A stretch of DNA of 64,000 nt from the NCBI GenBank assembly GCA_964255285.1, contig CAXUUL010000011.1, positions 1-64,000 of the forward strand. The letters are read 5' to 3'. The stretch comes from Ionaspis alba. Lineage: Eukaryota. The translations under genes were made by a program, and so were the position numbers. This document shows, one piece after another, positions 11,103-23,082 of the stretch (position 1 is its first letter; every line of letters starts with the position of its first letter). Under the pieces are notes generated by a model. It had not been told where the DNA came from and ran no database searches. It saw only the letters and a program-made list of their open reading frames with translations.

Positions 11103-13340
11103 TTAACCCCACGCATTCGGCGGTCTCTCATTACTCCTCACATGCCGCATCGTGCTTGATGATGACACATTTTCCAGCCCTTCCAAGCCTGGGCTGCACA
11201 AGATCTTCCACTTAGCTGACTTCTGGACATCGTTGTTGCCAGTCCGGATATCCTGTGGTCCTCTCTTACGATCTTCCACGTTTGGAGCCTCTCGATGCCT
11301 TTGGAGCGGGGAGGTAGATCGCTCAGGTAACTCGACACGATCTATGACTCCAGGACGGGGAGGCAGCGCTTTGTCTCTTCCTGTACCGGGACTTATTGGA
11401 GAGACCGCGTATATGGGCTCTTGTCTGATCCTGGAAGGCGGTTTGCGGGTAGGACTCTCAGGTATTGGTCGCGGTCCTCGAACCGAAGACCCAGGCAGTG
11501 GGGGATAGCGGATCATGGATGAGGGCGTTCGCCTCATCGGTGATTCGACTACGGGTGATAACCCAAACTCCCGTACCGGCCCATCATCGACCTCGTCAGC
11601 TTCATCTTCGAAGCTGGTTTCCGAAGCGGTCGTCAAGTGGGTGACCGGCCGTCGAGTATTGCTTTTGGCTCGATATGGAGAGGCGGGATAGAGCTGTGGC
11701 TGCGCGCTCGCGTGTTGGTGCAATGTAGAGAAGGGCGGGTCATTAGAATCTACGCTAGAGCTGATGGTTGGCGAAAGAGGCTGTTTCCGAATTGATTTAT
11801 ACGGGGATGCAGAAATTGCAGGAACACCTTCCGATTTCGAAACCACGACCGGACGTAGGAATCTCGCAGTCGAAGAATTGCCCCAGGAGTTCCCACTGCC
11901 TTGCCAATTCCCGGGAGTGATAATTTGTGGCAGCTCCGCCCTCGATGCCTTCTTACGCTCCATAGCGTACATGACGGCACGTGGGTCGTACGTAGAGTCC
12001 ACAAAAGGATCCGAGGCCGGCTGTCTCCTCGTGTTAGATTGGCCCTGCGATGCTATTTGGCTAGTGTCCATGGGCTGTTGATGCCAACGAGGAAGATTTG
12101 CTGAGGGATAGGGGGGAAGAGGGATATTTCTTCCGCTTCCGGCAAACCGAACGGTAGGCGGTTGAGTAGGATTTTGTGAGGCCGGGTTCTGAGTTGGGCT
12201 AGGGAAGAGGCTATAACTTGGCTTGTCTGGAAGTAATCGAGAAGTCGTTCTATAGCTAGCGATGCTCACGGGCGATGTTTCTTGGGTTATGTCGCGACCC
12301 ATCTCTGGTGCTACTGCCACACCTATCTCATGCGGCTCCACCGGCTTCCTCCATAGACTCCACCTCCGGTCATTGGTGCTGACTGGCACGCCGAGAAATT
12401 GCTGCGCTTTTGCCGGTACCGTTGGCTTTGGGGCTGGACCACTCTCCACGTCCCGACTGGACGTTGGAATACTGCCTAGAGGACCGTTGTTCGCTGCCAG
12501 AATCAGATCACCTCCGAAAGATGAGCCGCTATCTCGTTTGCTCGCCCTTTTATTTCGGAAACAAAATAGGAAAATCAGTAGAGCAAATCCTGCTACGGTA
12601 ACAGCCCCAGCAGAAACTGCAATGCCGGCAATCTGTTGGTTTGTGAGAGTGGACTTCTGCGTCGCAGCTGCTGCAGATGTATCTGTGGAGGAGATGCCAG
12701 GGAGAGAGGTCGTCGAGGATGATCCAGGATTGATAGGAAAAAAAGCAGCTGTATTAGTAGGTATGAGAGGTGGTGTACCTGAAGCCGTGAGTATGCCAGT
12801 AATCGAAGACGTAGAAATTGGGGTATCTTTGCTGGAAGAAACAGAGGAGGTCAAGGAAATGAGATTTGTTTGCGAAAACCAAGAATCAGAGCATGAAGAT
12901 GAAATCGAAGGATTGGGATCTGTGGTCGTGAGGGTATTGTGGGTATCGAAGGTGATTGTCGTTGGGTTTGCCATAGTTGCGGTGATGGTGCTATGTGTCA
13001 TGGGCTTTGCCCCAGGCACAGAGGCGCAAACCCCATATGCTGCTGCAATGTCCAATAGCTGCTCGTTCGTGCAATCCGATGCAAGACAACGTAGAGCTCC
13101 TTCCCCCAATGTAAAGCCAGTCTTGCTCTCGCGAGTACACAAGCAGTCGAGGTCTTGCGGATCTGGACAGGTCGAGGTTGGGAATGAGGTCGCAATGAAG
13201 GCTTCGAGACAGCTTTGAGCGCAGGTAGCAACGAGTTTGACAAGATACGGTGCGAGGAAGTTCGTATACTGTGGACCAGCCAACGCCAAAGGAAAGGAGT
13301 TGAGGAATAAGAATAAGCATAAGGGCAAGACTAAGGACAT
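11103..13340 (-). CDS. CFEM-domain type I membrane protein (signal peptide, 8-Cys CFEM, Ser/Thr stalk, one TM helix, long Pro/Ser-rich cytoplasmic tail)
   Basis: 745-aa single ORF. Hydrophobic leader ending ALA-G; CAQSC..C..DLDCLC..C..C..C matches CFEM spacing; TM segment IAGIAVSAGAVTVAGFALLIFLFCF is followed by RNKR. Confidence 0.85.
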   Translation of the reverse strand: MSLVLPLCLFLFLNSFPLALAGPQYTNFLAPYLVKLVATCAQSCLEAFIATSFPTSTCPDPQDLDCLCTRESKTGFTLGEGALRCLASDCTNEQLLDIAAAYGVCASVPGAKPMTHSTITATMANPTTITFDTHNTLTTTDPNPSISSSCSDSWFSQTNLISLTSSVSSSKDTPISTSSITGILTASGTPPLIPTNTAAFFPINPGSSSTTSLPGISSTDTSAAAATQKSTLTNQQIAGIAVSAGAVTVAGFALLIFLFCFRNKRASKRDSGSSFGGDLILAANNGPLGSIPTSSRDVESGPAPKPTVPAKAQQFLGVPVSTNDRRWSLWRKPVEPHEIGVAVAPEMGRDITQETSPVSIASYRTTSRLLPDKPSYSLFPSPTQNPASQNPTQPPTVRFAGSGRNIPLPPYPSANLPRWHQQPMDTSQIASQGQSNTRRQPASDPFVDSTYDPRAVMYAMERKKASRAELPQIITPGNWQGSGNSWGNSSTARFLRPVVVSKSEGVPAISASPYKSIRKQPLSPTISSSVDSNDPPFSTLHQHASAQPQLYPASPYRAKSNTRRPVTHLTTASETSFEDEADEVDDGPVREFGLSPVVESPMRRTPSSMIRYPPLPGSSVRGPRPIPESPTRKPPSRIRQEPIYAVSPISPGTGRDKALPPRPGVIDRVELPERSTSPLQRHREAPNVEDRKRGPQDIRTGNNDVQKSAKWKILCSPGLEGLENVSSSSTMRHVRSNERPPNAWG

Positions 13341-14695
13341 GCTGTGGAAAAACTGTAGTCATGTTAGTCGACAGCGACAAGTGTGGAGAGATGACGAGCG
13401 ATATGAGTAAGTGTAGGTTAGGCATGCTGAGTAGAGCCACAGAGCCAAGGGCTATGTTGCAAAACACAAGATGCGAGAAGCTGGCGTAGGATTGAGGCGG
13501 TGATGTCGTCTAACCCCCGGGCTGCGTTGAACTGACCTTGTATTGCTGGACTTTGTCAAAAAGCCCGACATTAAGAATAGATCTAATGATGAGTGGAAGA
13601 GAAATAGAATTACTAGGAAATATAGAGGATAGGAAAAAGGAAAGAATCTAGGAAAGGAAATGCTCATCGCATTGCGAAGGAAGGAAACATGACAGATGAG
13701 AGACACGAAACATCTCCTAGCAAAACGAGAACTTCCAAATGCTTTTGATGTCAGCAACGACAGGTTTTCGTGGAGGCGCTGACGGCGTGCCTGCCCTCGC
13801 ATGTAGCCATTCATAGATGATGGTAGAGACGCCGACTATTCGAGTTGACCAGAAGGTCGATGTGGTGGTGCTCGCTATTCGATGTACGCTCCCGTAGCCG
13901 CCGGACTGCACTGGATGCTTGCTAGCCTCGACGCGTACTTTCGACCAGCGACAGCTACCAAGGAGCGTGTTCTGGGAAAGCCGAAGGACACAGCACACCG
14001 ATCCTGGTCTTAGTAGAGCAGAAGCATAGGATGAAGTTGTTCTCTCTGTACAGAAGTGCGCACGATCCACGCAGTCGCGGCTATGGTCACGTTAGGGCTG
14101 GAGATGGATGGGCTTGGCAAGCACAGCACGGAAAGCCTCATGACGGGGCGGAGTAGTTCATCGTCTTTATTTTTGGATCTTACACTATCTTCAGCAACAA
14201 CTGTTCATGGAATACAGGAAAGAACAGTTCTTCCGCTGATTGTACGTTCTGCCGATATGGCAGGTCGTTGTGTAACACAGAGCCGTTTTTCAGTGAGGCA
14301 GTCATGGCTCATAAACCCGCTGATATTGACAGGCATCACGTGATTGGCGTTTGGTTGGCTGAAAGTACAATATGGATGTGAAATTGGTTTGATTGTTTAT
14401 GATACAAATGACTGCTTCATAGGAAGCCTGACAGTTTGAGAAGAGAGATGTCTTCACAAACTACCAGTATTACAATGTTCTTGGCAGCCTGAAAGAACAT
14501 CTTGGATCATCATTGCATCCACCCATACCCTCGAGCTTCGGTCGACTGACGAGAATTGAATCGGCGTGATCAAGGTGTACTTGAACGATGAGGATCAAAG
14601 GAACTTAGAATGGCAAACGCTTGGGTATCGAGATGGTGGCGAGTTTCAGGAGTGAGGAGTGATCGGTGGACGGAAAGGAGTAATGGGTGGCGTGT

Positions 14696-15015
14696 TTAAT
14701 ACTTGAGAATTATGTATCTAATAGATGTCAATTATTGGTTCACAGCATCCGCTATGTCCGCGACACTTGGTGCGTGCGCAACACTCAAAGGGATGGACTT
14801 ACAAAGCGTGGATAATGCCTGGAATATAACCAAGGACCGTCAAGAGAATGTTGATGAGTAGATCACTTCCGCAGCCACGCTCGAGGAAAACACCCAGAGG
14901 TGGCAGGATGACAGCAAGGCTGATTAGTTGTCAGAAAATGTGGCAGCTACTTATGGTCAACAAAGGTTGAGGTGGCTCACATAATCTTGCAGATGTCGGA
15001 AGCCGTGAAAGGCAT
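14696..15015 (-). CDS. pmp3: Plasma membrane proteolipid Pmp3/RCI2 family (57 aa), 3 exons
   Basis: Exons 15015-14981, 14919-14803 and 14717-14696 (174 nt) translate to MPFTASDICKIILAVILPPLGVFLERGCGSDLLINILLTVLGYIPGIIHALYIILKY*. Donors are GTGAGC and GTAAGT. Not in the ORF track. Confidence 0.95.
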
Positions 15016-15688
15016 GTTGGTAGTGTCTGGAGTTACACTTAGGTTGAGAAAGTGCTTCAGGTGTGGAAGTGATGATGTAGAGTCTTGAACTGTTGATGGA
15101 GAGTGCTGATGTGGAAAGGAGGAGGTTGGCAAGTGAACGGGTTTTATGTATGGGATTCCACGGGATCATGCGCTACACGCAGCAACACATGGGTGCTACG
15201 TCATCGGCATCAGCAATCCTTGGTTTGGCCCTTGAAATGTTACTTTTTGGCTTCAAACCGCGTCCTCCCATCATCTGCTCCTGTCTACGATTGAAATTGC
15301 GCTTCCACCACACACCATCCAAGGTCTCTCTCAGCCTCTACGGCTACGTCACGATCGCTACATCGAATCTACCCTTTCTAGCCTATCGTTGCCCATGTAA
15401 GAGAACGCTTCTGCGGAATGCCAAGCAGACGCTATGCCATCTCTGGGATCAACAACGACTAACACGGTCGCCGAAGAAGCCGATCCGGTTAATTATAGAC
15501 ATGGCTGTGGCGCGGGCATTGTGGCTGGTGAGGACGGCAAATTAATGTTATGACCACGAGCACAAACGAAATGCTGCATTTTCTATGCTTTGGCCGATCT
15601 GCCGTGTACGCCAATGCAGCAAAGTTTTGCCTTCCATCAATCAGCCACCAAACGCCACCTTTCGCCCTCCATTCACGCTGCCTACTCA

Positions 15689-17433
15689 TCATGCTGCTTC
15701 CGCCTTTTCCTTGCTCTTTTCCGGATCAAGGTAAGTTTCTGTCTCTGCCTCTTCGTACTCTCCAATCAAATCCATCACTACGGCTCGTGCTTCGTCAAAC
15801 TCCCCCAGACCGTCGGCGAAAGGAGCTTCCTTCTTGTAACCTTCCAGATAGGCATTGCGCTTTCTCATCTTGTCATATTGCACCACGATCCTCTTGAACA
15901 GGGTCGCGACCGACGTGTGATTTGCCAGCATCAAACCGGAGACTCGGTGGGTATTGGGAAGATATGGCGATTTCTTCGTCAATGCCACTTGAATAGATGC
16001 CGGGCCCCAAGGAATGAATGTCGCCAGACTGCGTTCGCGGATACGAAGCAGCGATTTGTGTACCTATTGGTGTGAGCGAGAGCCTACAATCGGTAGCAGA
16101 GGTTTTGAGTCTACCTCTGTGGGATCTGCTTCTCCTTGGATGATGTTGAGAATGCTGATGTAGCAACTCGTCTTACTGGGTGTCGTGGAAACCATTCTGT
16201 TTTTGGGCTGTAAAAGTCGTCTCATTACATCAAGCACCGTCGTCTTCCGGACTGTCTTTGCTTGCTCCACACTATCGCCAGTGAATGGCGTGTAGGATGT
16301 CATGAGGAAATGGCATCGTGGAGTAGGTATGAGGGATGCAACGATTCCGACCAGGTCATTGTGCATGTAACCTGGGTATCGGAGTGTCGTAGTACTCGCA
16401 GACATGACCGTGGAAACCTTTTGCAGTTCAGCAAAATCGATATGCTCAGAATTGAATGTGCCTCACCAATTGATTCGTCTGCTGGAAGGATGGCTCCTGA
16501 ACGTGGAGTCTATCTGCTGCAATCCGTGATAATGCTCCATTGTCAAGCACTACCACGGAATCCGCATTCTGTGTCAATCTCCTCATCGCCAACAAGCTAT
16601 TGTATGGGTTCACAACCACATCACCACCGCCCTGGGTGTCAGGAAAGACGGAGTACGTCTGTATAAGTTTTTTAGGATATCGATCATTCATCCGTTCCAG
16701 AAGGTAGCTTCCGAGGCCAGATCCGGTTCCACCAGCTATTGAATGCAACAGCATGAAACCCTGATAATGTTAGCCTCGAGTAGCACATAACCAATTCCGA
16801 TGCTAAATCAAGACTCACCTCCAGACTGTCACTGCCGTCCACCTCCCTATCTATCATGTCAAAAACCTCCTCTTGCACTGTATCACCAGCCGAGTATCCC
16901 GCCGCCCAATTGTTGGCTGCTCCGCTGCCTTGCGAGCCTACGAAAAAGTTCTCTGGGTTGTAGATATTTCGGTAGGGCCCATTTTGTATACCTTGGATGA
17001 CCTAATGTAACATATCCATCTCAGTAAACTATCAGACGTGCGCGTTCCGATCAGAGATGAAAGTTTACCCTTGGTTCTAGATCGATCAGAATGGCTCGGG
17101 GTATGTATCGCGTGTCATCGCTCTGTTGCTGTCTCAGTCACCATCTCTCCGCAGCTCAAGGGGCAGACCTGATAAAAGAAGACGTCCTTGCGATCCCCGC
17201 CTTCTGTCGCAAAGTCCTCAAGATTTCCATCTTGACTGATGCCATGCTCCTGACAAAGCTGCTGCCAGAATTGGCTCCCAACTATGTTCCAATAAGTGGT
17301 CGTTCACCTGAATGTTGCATCATCGCACGCACTGCTGTTGCCACACTGGCCGGCTTGAATGGTGATGATTTCTCTTGGATCGTGTCAACAAGACATCATA
17401 CACTCGGCAAAGAATCATCAATCACCTAGGCAT
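15689..17433 (-). CDS. mipA: Gamma-tubulin, 8 exons
   Basis: Spliced N-terminus [45 protein letters not shown]; tubulin signature [33 protein letters not shown]; acidic C-terminus. Confidence 0.97.
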
Positions 17434-17726
17434 ATTTGGGACTTATCATCTGCGTTTCATGGTTTGCATACAACTTGTCCTTAGTGAGGAGCACGCGTCC
17501 TGATGTCTGCCTTTCACTACTTGCGCGCCGGCTTATCGATTAGGGCCATGGGCACTGGAGTCTCAACCATTGCGCTGGTCATTCGAATACATCTGATGTT
17601 CTACGTGGTGGAATCATGTGATTGAATAATCTCCAAAGATATGTGTGAGCGTATTGTCCTTAACACTAAGACCTAGAAGCTGAGTCTGCTACCACATTTC
17701 TTTCTGATATACCACAGTACCAAGGA

Positions 17727-18726
17727 TCACTTCTGCTCGTCGAGTTTCGTCGATGGGACCAGGCTCCTCAATGACAGATCATACACCACATCCTCGACTT
17801 TCTTCACCTGCAAGCGGTTTCTATTGGTCTTGAGTCTAGACAATAGCGTCAGAGGAAACATACACTGTATTTGATACTATCGCTCCTCCTTCTTAGCGAG
17901 TCATTCTTCAGATTGAGAATTTGGAACCCAGCGTGGACATCCTTGATAAATTGACTTATCTGTAGAGGGCGTTCGTAGTCCCCAAGTGTGACGGAGTTCA
18001 CGGCTAGACGTGCCTATCAACAACTTCATTACTAGTCCACGGATCTGAGCCAGCCGGGGACCTACCAATTCATCAATGAGCGTGATCAGTGATTGGAGGT
18101 ACTCCTCGATGGTAATGTGAAAAGCATCGCGATCCTTGAGGTTGACTGGAACAGCAAGAATTTGGCCCACTTCTTCGAGCGTGAACAGCCTCCCTAAACG
18201 TGCTTGTCGACCATCAGTCGGCAGACCACCAAGCCAGCCACAGAGCAAGACTGCAAAGATCTGGGTGTGTGAGCGACTGATTTCCTTCCAACAGACTGTG
18301 ACGGCTCTACCGTATTCTGGATGTCCCTCGTCCATATACTGTTGTACTTGTAGTATGGATGCTTAGAAGCTAGCTCAGCAAGCTTGGATATCGTCTCAGC
18401 CTGTTCCCGAATCGATTTTTCTGTCTCTGTAATAACATTGACGACTACTAGAGCTGTCAGCCTGATGGGCCTTTTTCCAGGTGAGCAGGGACCGGCATAC
18501 GATGTGAAGGAGGGGTTGAATGGCTTCGAGAGAGTGTTGACTGGGCTGTTCTTCCTGGATGAAAACGTCGATATCAAGTATGCTTCGGCTCGACGAATTC
18601 CCTCCTACCTTGCTTCTCTAGGGTCTGAAGAATGCCTTTGAGCGCTTCGCGAATTCCTGAGTCTTCGTCGATCTTTGTCTGAAGATGCTCGAATATGGCG
18701 GGGCTCACTGTTTCAAGCGACATCAT
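17727..18726 (-). CDS. tsn1: Translin (C3PO subunit) homolog, multi-exon
   Basis: Spliced segments IFEHLQTKIDEDSGIRE, ASKHPYYKYNSIWTR, LFTLEEVGQILAVP, FHITIEEYLQSLITLIDEL, LNLKNDSLRRRSDSIKY and VKKVEDVVYDLSLR are characteristic of translin. Confidence 0.9.
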
Positions 18727-19691
18727 GAAGGTAGTGAGAAGAATAGCCTGGGCAAAGGCGAGTTCATCTCCAATAGTCGTTACTCAATATTAGGTTGTAT
18801 TGGACCCAGGATCAGTTGGAAGAATTGCAGTCAGGCTCACAGTACACACTCTAGACTACATATTTCATGTTGGCGACGGATGACGACGACAGAGCTTGGG
18901 CTCCGGTCCTACTTGGAGCAAACCCTTCTGGATGTGTATGTACTACTTATTAATTCTCTTCTTCAGAGCACCAGACAAGCCGGTGACAACGATGAAAAGA
19001 CGTGGTTTGCATCGACTGGCGGCAGTATGAGGCCAGTGACACGGTGACATTGAGCATGAGCAAAGCTCAGAGCCACAATCTTGAGGTTAAAAAAATGAGA
19101 TTGATCATCAATTATTCCCATAGAACTATTTCAGAGATTAAACTGAAAGAACAGATACTACACTTGATCTAAGCCAAAAGGCAAAGCGAGCTAAAGAGGG
19201 AAGTGAAAGGACCCTAGACTGAGATGTTGTGGACATATATACTTATGCGATGTGCTAATTCACAGCTGGGTAGCAGGCTGGTAAATGCTCAACTGAGCCT
19301 GAGGTGCCATAATCATATCACCAGGCTTGGACTCCTCTCGCGTCTTAGTACGAGGGACATGTCCTCTAAAGTGGTGTGCGATGTCGAGGATAGCGATGAA
19401 AAGTGCATTTGTATACGTACCCTTCCTTATTCTATCTCATGCTAAATCCCGATCTAGATCTTGTGATTGTCTATCATCTCTGCCTATCCGTGCGCCATTC
19501 TATGATATACCCAAAGCTGTGTCCTAAACCACCGAAGTCAACAATGATCCAGCGCTGGATATCCCGTCCTCCTTCATAAAACGCCTAGATGCTTCGAAGA
19601 ACAAACAGATCGAACCTGGCGACGACCGGTTTAGGTAATCTGGGTCTCCAGTAGCAAAACCCTCTCAAAGGTATGTCTTGTGATTTCTTCG

Positions 19692-21746
19692 TCATATTTT
19701 CGTGATTTCTTGCCTCCTGGGTGGAGTTCCACAGACGCTACCCCGATCAGAGAACCCAATACCACTATCTACTGCACTATGAATTTCGACAGGATCGGGA
19801 TTGATATCCCAGGCTTCATCTCCATCTGGTAGATCTTCTTCTTCGTTTCGATCTTCATCCGGCAGATAATTGGCTGGCAGGCTTTCGATGACAGGCACAT
19901 TGGCATCCTCGGCTCTGGGCTGCATCTTCGCATGGAATCCTTTTTGGACCGCTCCTCTAGTATTCCACCTCAGTGCTCGCCGTACGCTCTCGAACCACTC
20001 TCCACCAGTTCCTCCTTCTCCCACTACTGTTGGGAAAGGGTATCGGCCTGCTTCCACTTGCACGCAATCACCTCGCCGAAGCTCCACACGCCCTTTGCCA
20101 TCGAAGCTTGCATAGGCAGTGCTCCTGCTAGTTCTAGGAACGCATACTTTGAGGAGAAGACTATCACTCAAGACCATTGGTCTGAAAGATAGTGTATGCG
20201 GACAAATGGGTGTCAGGAGGATGGCAGGAATGCTCGGATGAGTGAGAGGTCCGCCAGCAGATAGGGAGTAAGCCGTCGACCCAGTGGGAGTGGAAAATAT
20301 GCACCCATCCGCCTGGACCACCGTCAATAGCTCGTCATCGCCGTACAATTCGAGATTGGAAACGTAAGGCGAAGGACCACGATCAATGACCAACTCGTTG
20401 AGAACTTCAAACTGTTCACCCTCAATCATGTTCGCCGTCTTGACTGCGTCATGGGGAGCGCTACGCGGTTGATTGGGATCGGCACGGTAAATCGTGCACG
20501 TGAAGCGCATTCGAAGGTTGACTCGCATGCCAGTATCGCCCATGATGCGATCCAATGACTCCTTGTAGGAAGCGTATTCAAAGTTGGTAAGGAAACCGAG
20601 TGATCCAAGAGAGAAGGCGAGAATCGGCGGAACAACACGTTGGAAAATGCAGGAAGTGTAGAGAACTGTGCCATCACCGCCAAGAGTGAGGACCAGATCA
20701 AACTTCTCCGGAGAGGTCCAGCAGAGATCGGCATCCCAATAATGAAGCATGTGCTCATATCTTGGATTCTTTGCTAGAAGTGATGGAGCATTAAAGCGTT
20801 TGGAGTTGCGCAGCTTTGCGTCAACATACACCGAAACACCAAGGTCGTGGTTGTAGCGTGGAGTCGCCATGAGCCATTCCGCGAGATCACGAGTTAGTGG
20901 AATCAGGCTATTGTCTCGCGCTTTAGTCACGATCATGACAGTTCGGACGGCTCGCTTGATGGGACGACGCTGAAGCTGCTTCGATATCTCGCGAACACTG
21001 GTTGCGGTCTGCATAAGGCGCGAATGAGACATGCCGTCATCTTCGGCGGCGATTTCTTCGAGAACCCTATCGATGTTCACAGCATCGTCGAAGCGCTGAT
21101 GGAAAAAGCAAGGAGATCGCATAGATGCAAACTGAGCTGTTGAAGGTGTTCGGGTCGCTGAATGCAGGTCGGATAGGGTAACGGAGAGAGGGCGCGTCGA
21201 GCTAGTGCTTGGGCGTCGCAGAAAGTCGTTATCCTTTGCAGAGCTGAAGATACCAGAAAGCGATGAGGCTATGGAGACTGTCGGTTGACCATTGTTGAAG
21301 GATCGAGGCGGCAAGGTTTTGAGAAGGGTCTGACATGGTGTAGCAGATTCTGAGAAAACGCCAGTTCGGTTGGTCCGAAAAGATTTTGTTGGTTTTAAAA
21401 GATAGCTTGGAGACGATGACAAAGGCAGTCCGCAATCTACTGGCGAGTCACCATATTTTGTTGATGCTGTCGAGAAGCCGCTGTTGGGTTCGTCTGATTC
21501 CGAGTCTGCATGTGTCTCGCCGAGGGTATTGAGAGGGTTGAGGTGTGCAGCATATTCTCGTAGGAGGTTGTTGCCGATCGAATAGGTAGCTTTGCAATTT
21601 GAGTGCTGTGGTTCATCCAATGTTGACTTGAGGGCGACAGGATTGGTACCTTCTTTGTTCTTCGCTATGAGCTCCGTAGCATCACGTCTGCTGGTCGCGA
21701 CCTGTAAATTGTGCTCCATTTCAAGTGGTACGTCGTCCTGCGGCAT
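19692..21746 (-). CDS. ATP-NAD(H) kinase (Utr1/Yef1-like) with a long disordered N-terminal extension
   Basis: 684-aa ORF containing LGGDGT, SLGSLGFLT, LNELVIDRG, QADG, STPTGSTAYSLSAGG and TPICPHTLSFRP motifs. Confidence 0.95.
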   Translation of the reverse strand: MPQDDVPLEMEHNLQVATSRRDATELIAKNKEGTNPVALKSTLDEPQHSNCKATYSIGNNLLREYAAHLNPLNTLGETHADSESDEPNSGFSTASTKYGDSPVDCGLPLSSSPSYLLKPTKSFRTNRTGVFSESATPCQTLLKTLPPRSFNNGQPTVSIASSLSGIFSSAKDNDFLRRPSTSSTRPLSVTLSDLHSATRTPSTAQFASMRSPCFFHQRFDDAVNIDRVLEEIAAEDDGMSHSRLMQTATSVREISKQLQRRPIKRAVRTVMIVTKARDNSLIPLTRDLAEWLMATPRYNHDLGVSVYVDAKLRNSKRFNAPSLLAKNPRYEHMLHYWDADLCWTSPEKFDLVLTLGGDGTVLYTSCIFQRVVPPILAFSLGSLGFLTNFEYASYKESLDRIMGDTGMRVNLRMRFTCTIYRADPNQPRSAPHDAVKTANMIEGEQFEVLNELVIDRGPSPYVSNLELYGDDELLTVVQADGCIFSTPTGSTAYSLSAGGPLTHPSIPAILLTPICPHTLSFRPMVLSDSLLLKVCVPRTSRSTAYASFDGKGRVELRRGDCVQVEAGRYPFPTVVGEGGTGGEWFESVRRALRWNTRGAVQKGFHAKMQPRAEDANVPVIESLPANYLPDEDRNEEEDLPDGDEAWDINPDPVEIHSAVDSGIGFSDRGSVCGTPPRRQEITKI

Positions 21747-23082
21747 ATTTGTGAACTCCCCCGGACCTGAGAATGCGCTATGAAGGCTGTCCTCTTGTAT
21801 TCTCGAAAGCGGAAGAGCGGATACAATATCTTATTCAGGAGCAAGTATGCTGTCGCGGCGTTGAAGCTATGGTAGCTATATTGTTCCCCAAAACAGAGTC
21901 CCAAGCAGAAATAAAAGGCAAGCAAACAATATTCAGATAGGATTCCAGCAACGAAGCAGAGGGTGGATTCAATGAAAGTCGTATCGTCAGGTCCTGCCTG
22001 AATTAGTCGTATGCAGTTGGTGGGGATCGAGAAGAAGATCGGCCTTGGGCAGAGAGAACTGGAATGGCGTGGGTAAGCAGAGCGGGCACTAATCCCAGGG
22101 CAGATATGCCTGATTCAAGGCTTCTGTTCGGCCACGAATAAGGATATGCAGGAGCTCGATGCAAGGTGGTTAAGGAGGTCAGCTAGTTGACGGCAAGAAT
22201 GTCCATGAGGAGGAGCAGGAGTGAATTAGTGGAGTATTTCTGCTCCTAGCCATTGGAAGCGATAGATGGGGAATAGAGGTATATGTGAAATGATACTTCA
22301 TATTTGATGGAAATCGATTGAACATCTTGAGTATGCAGGATGAGAATGCTACATAGAGCTAATGCTGACATATGACGAGGAATGCATAAGGCATTACGAG
22401 TAAGCAAGATCAATGCATTAGTGCCGGCGGACTTAGGGCTTAGAGGTCAGAACACCGAACCACGAGGGATCAGATGCACGCATAATTGTCAAGACCAACA
22501 ACGTGTTTCAACCGTTCGCTTTCCCATCCCGGAGCAGCGCCAAACTCTCAGTTTGTCATGAATCAGGGATGGACTGACGTGGATCTGCTGAGACTGTAAA
22601 CGATCTGGAGCCTCTCCAGTTCACGCATGAAACCGACTTGCAATTCTACTCCGCAAGGACGATACGTTCCAAGAGTGATCGAAAGTGTCTATTGTACTTC
22701 GACTATGATAGGATTGCCTGCATGAAGGGTCGCACGAACGATTGCCTTCAAATTGGGTGGCCAGCCTCGAATATAGGGCATGATGTAAAAAGTCCCTCAA
22801 TTGCAGATTCTTCGGTACAAGCCCTCGCTTTACCTCTTGGGTCGCGTCATGACCTTCTAGCTTGAAAGGACTGCTGACGGTGGAGTTGGCCTACACATCC
22901 ATTGCCAATATGTAGATTGGCACGCCTCCACCACGCAGAGACAGCATGCGCCCTGGGGGAGGGATAGGTCAAGAATGTCCTGGAGGCTCACGATAGCCGT
23001 GATTAGTCGTCGCACGGCCACATATGGGGCCAGGTGAAATCCACGAGCGACAAATAACACCATCGGCAGGTACCATGGATCT

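Noticed and set aside
12262..13218. 318-aa plus-strand ORF
   Set aside because: Antisense shadow of the Ser/Thr-rich CFEM gene, with no motif of its own.
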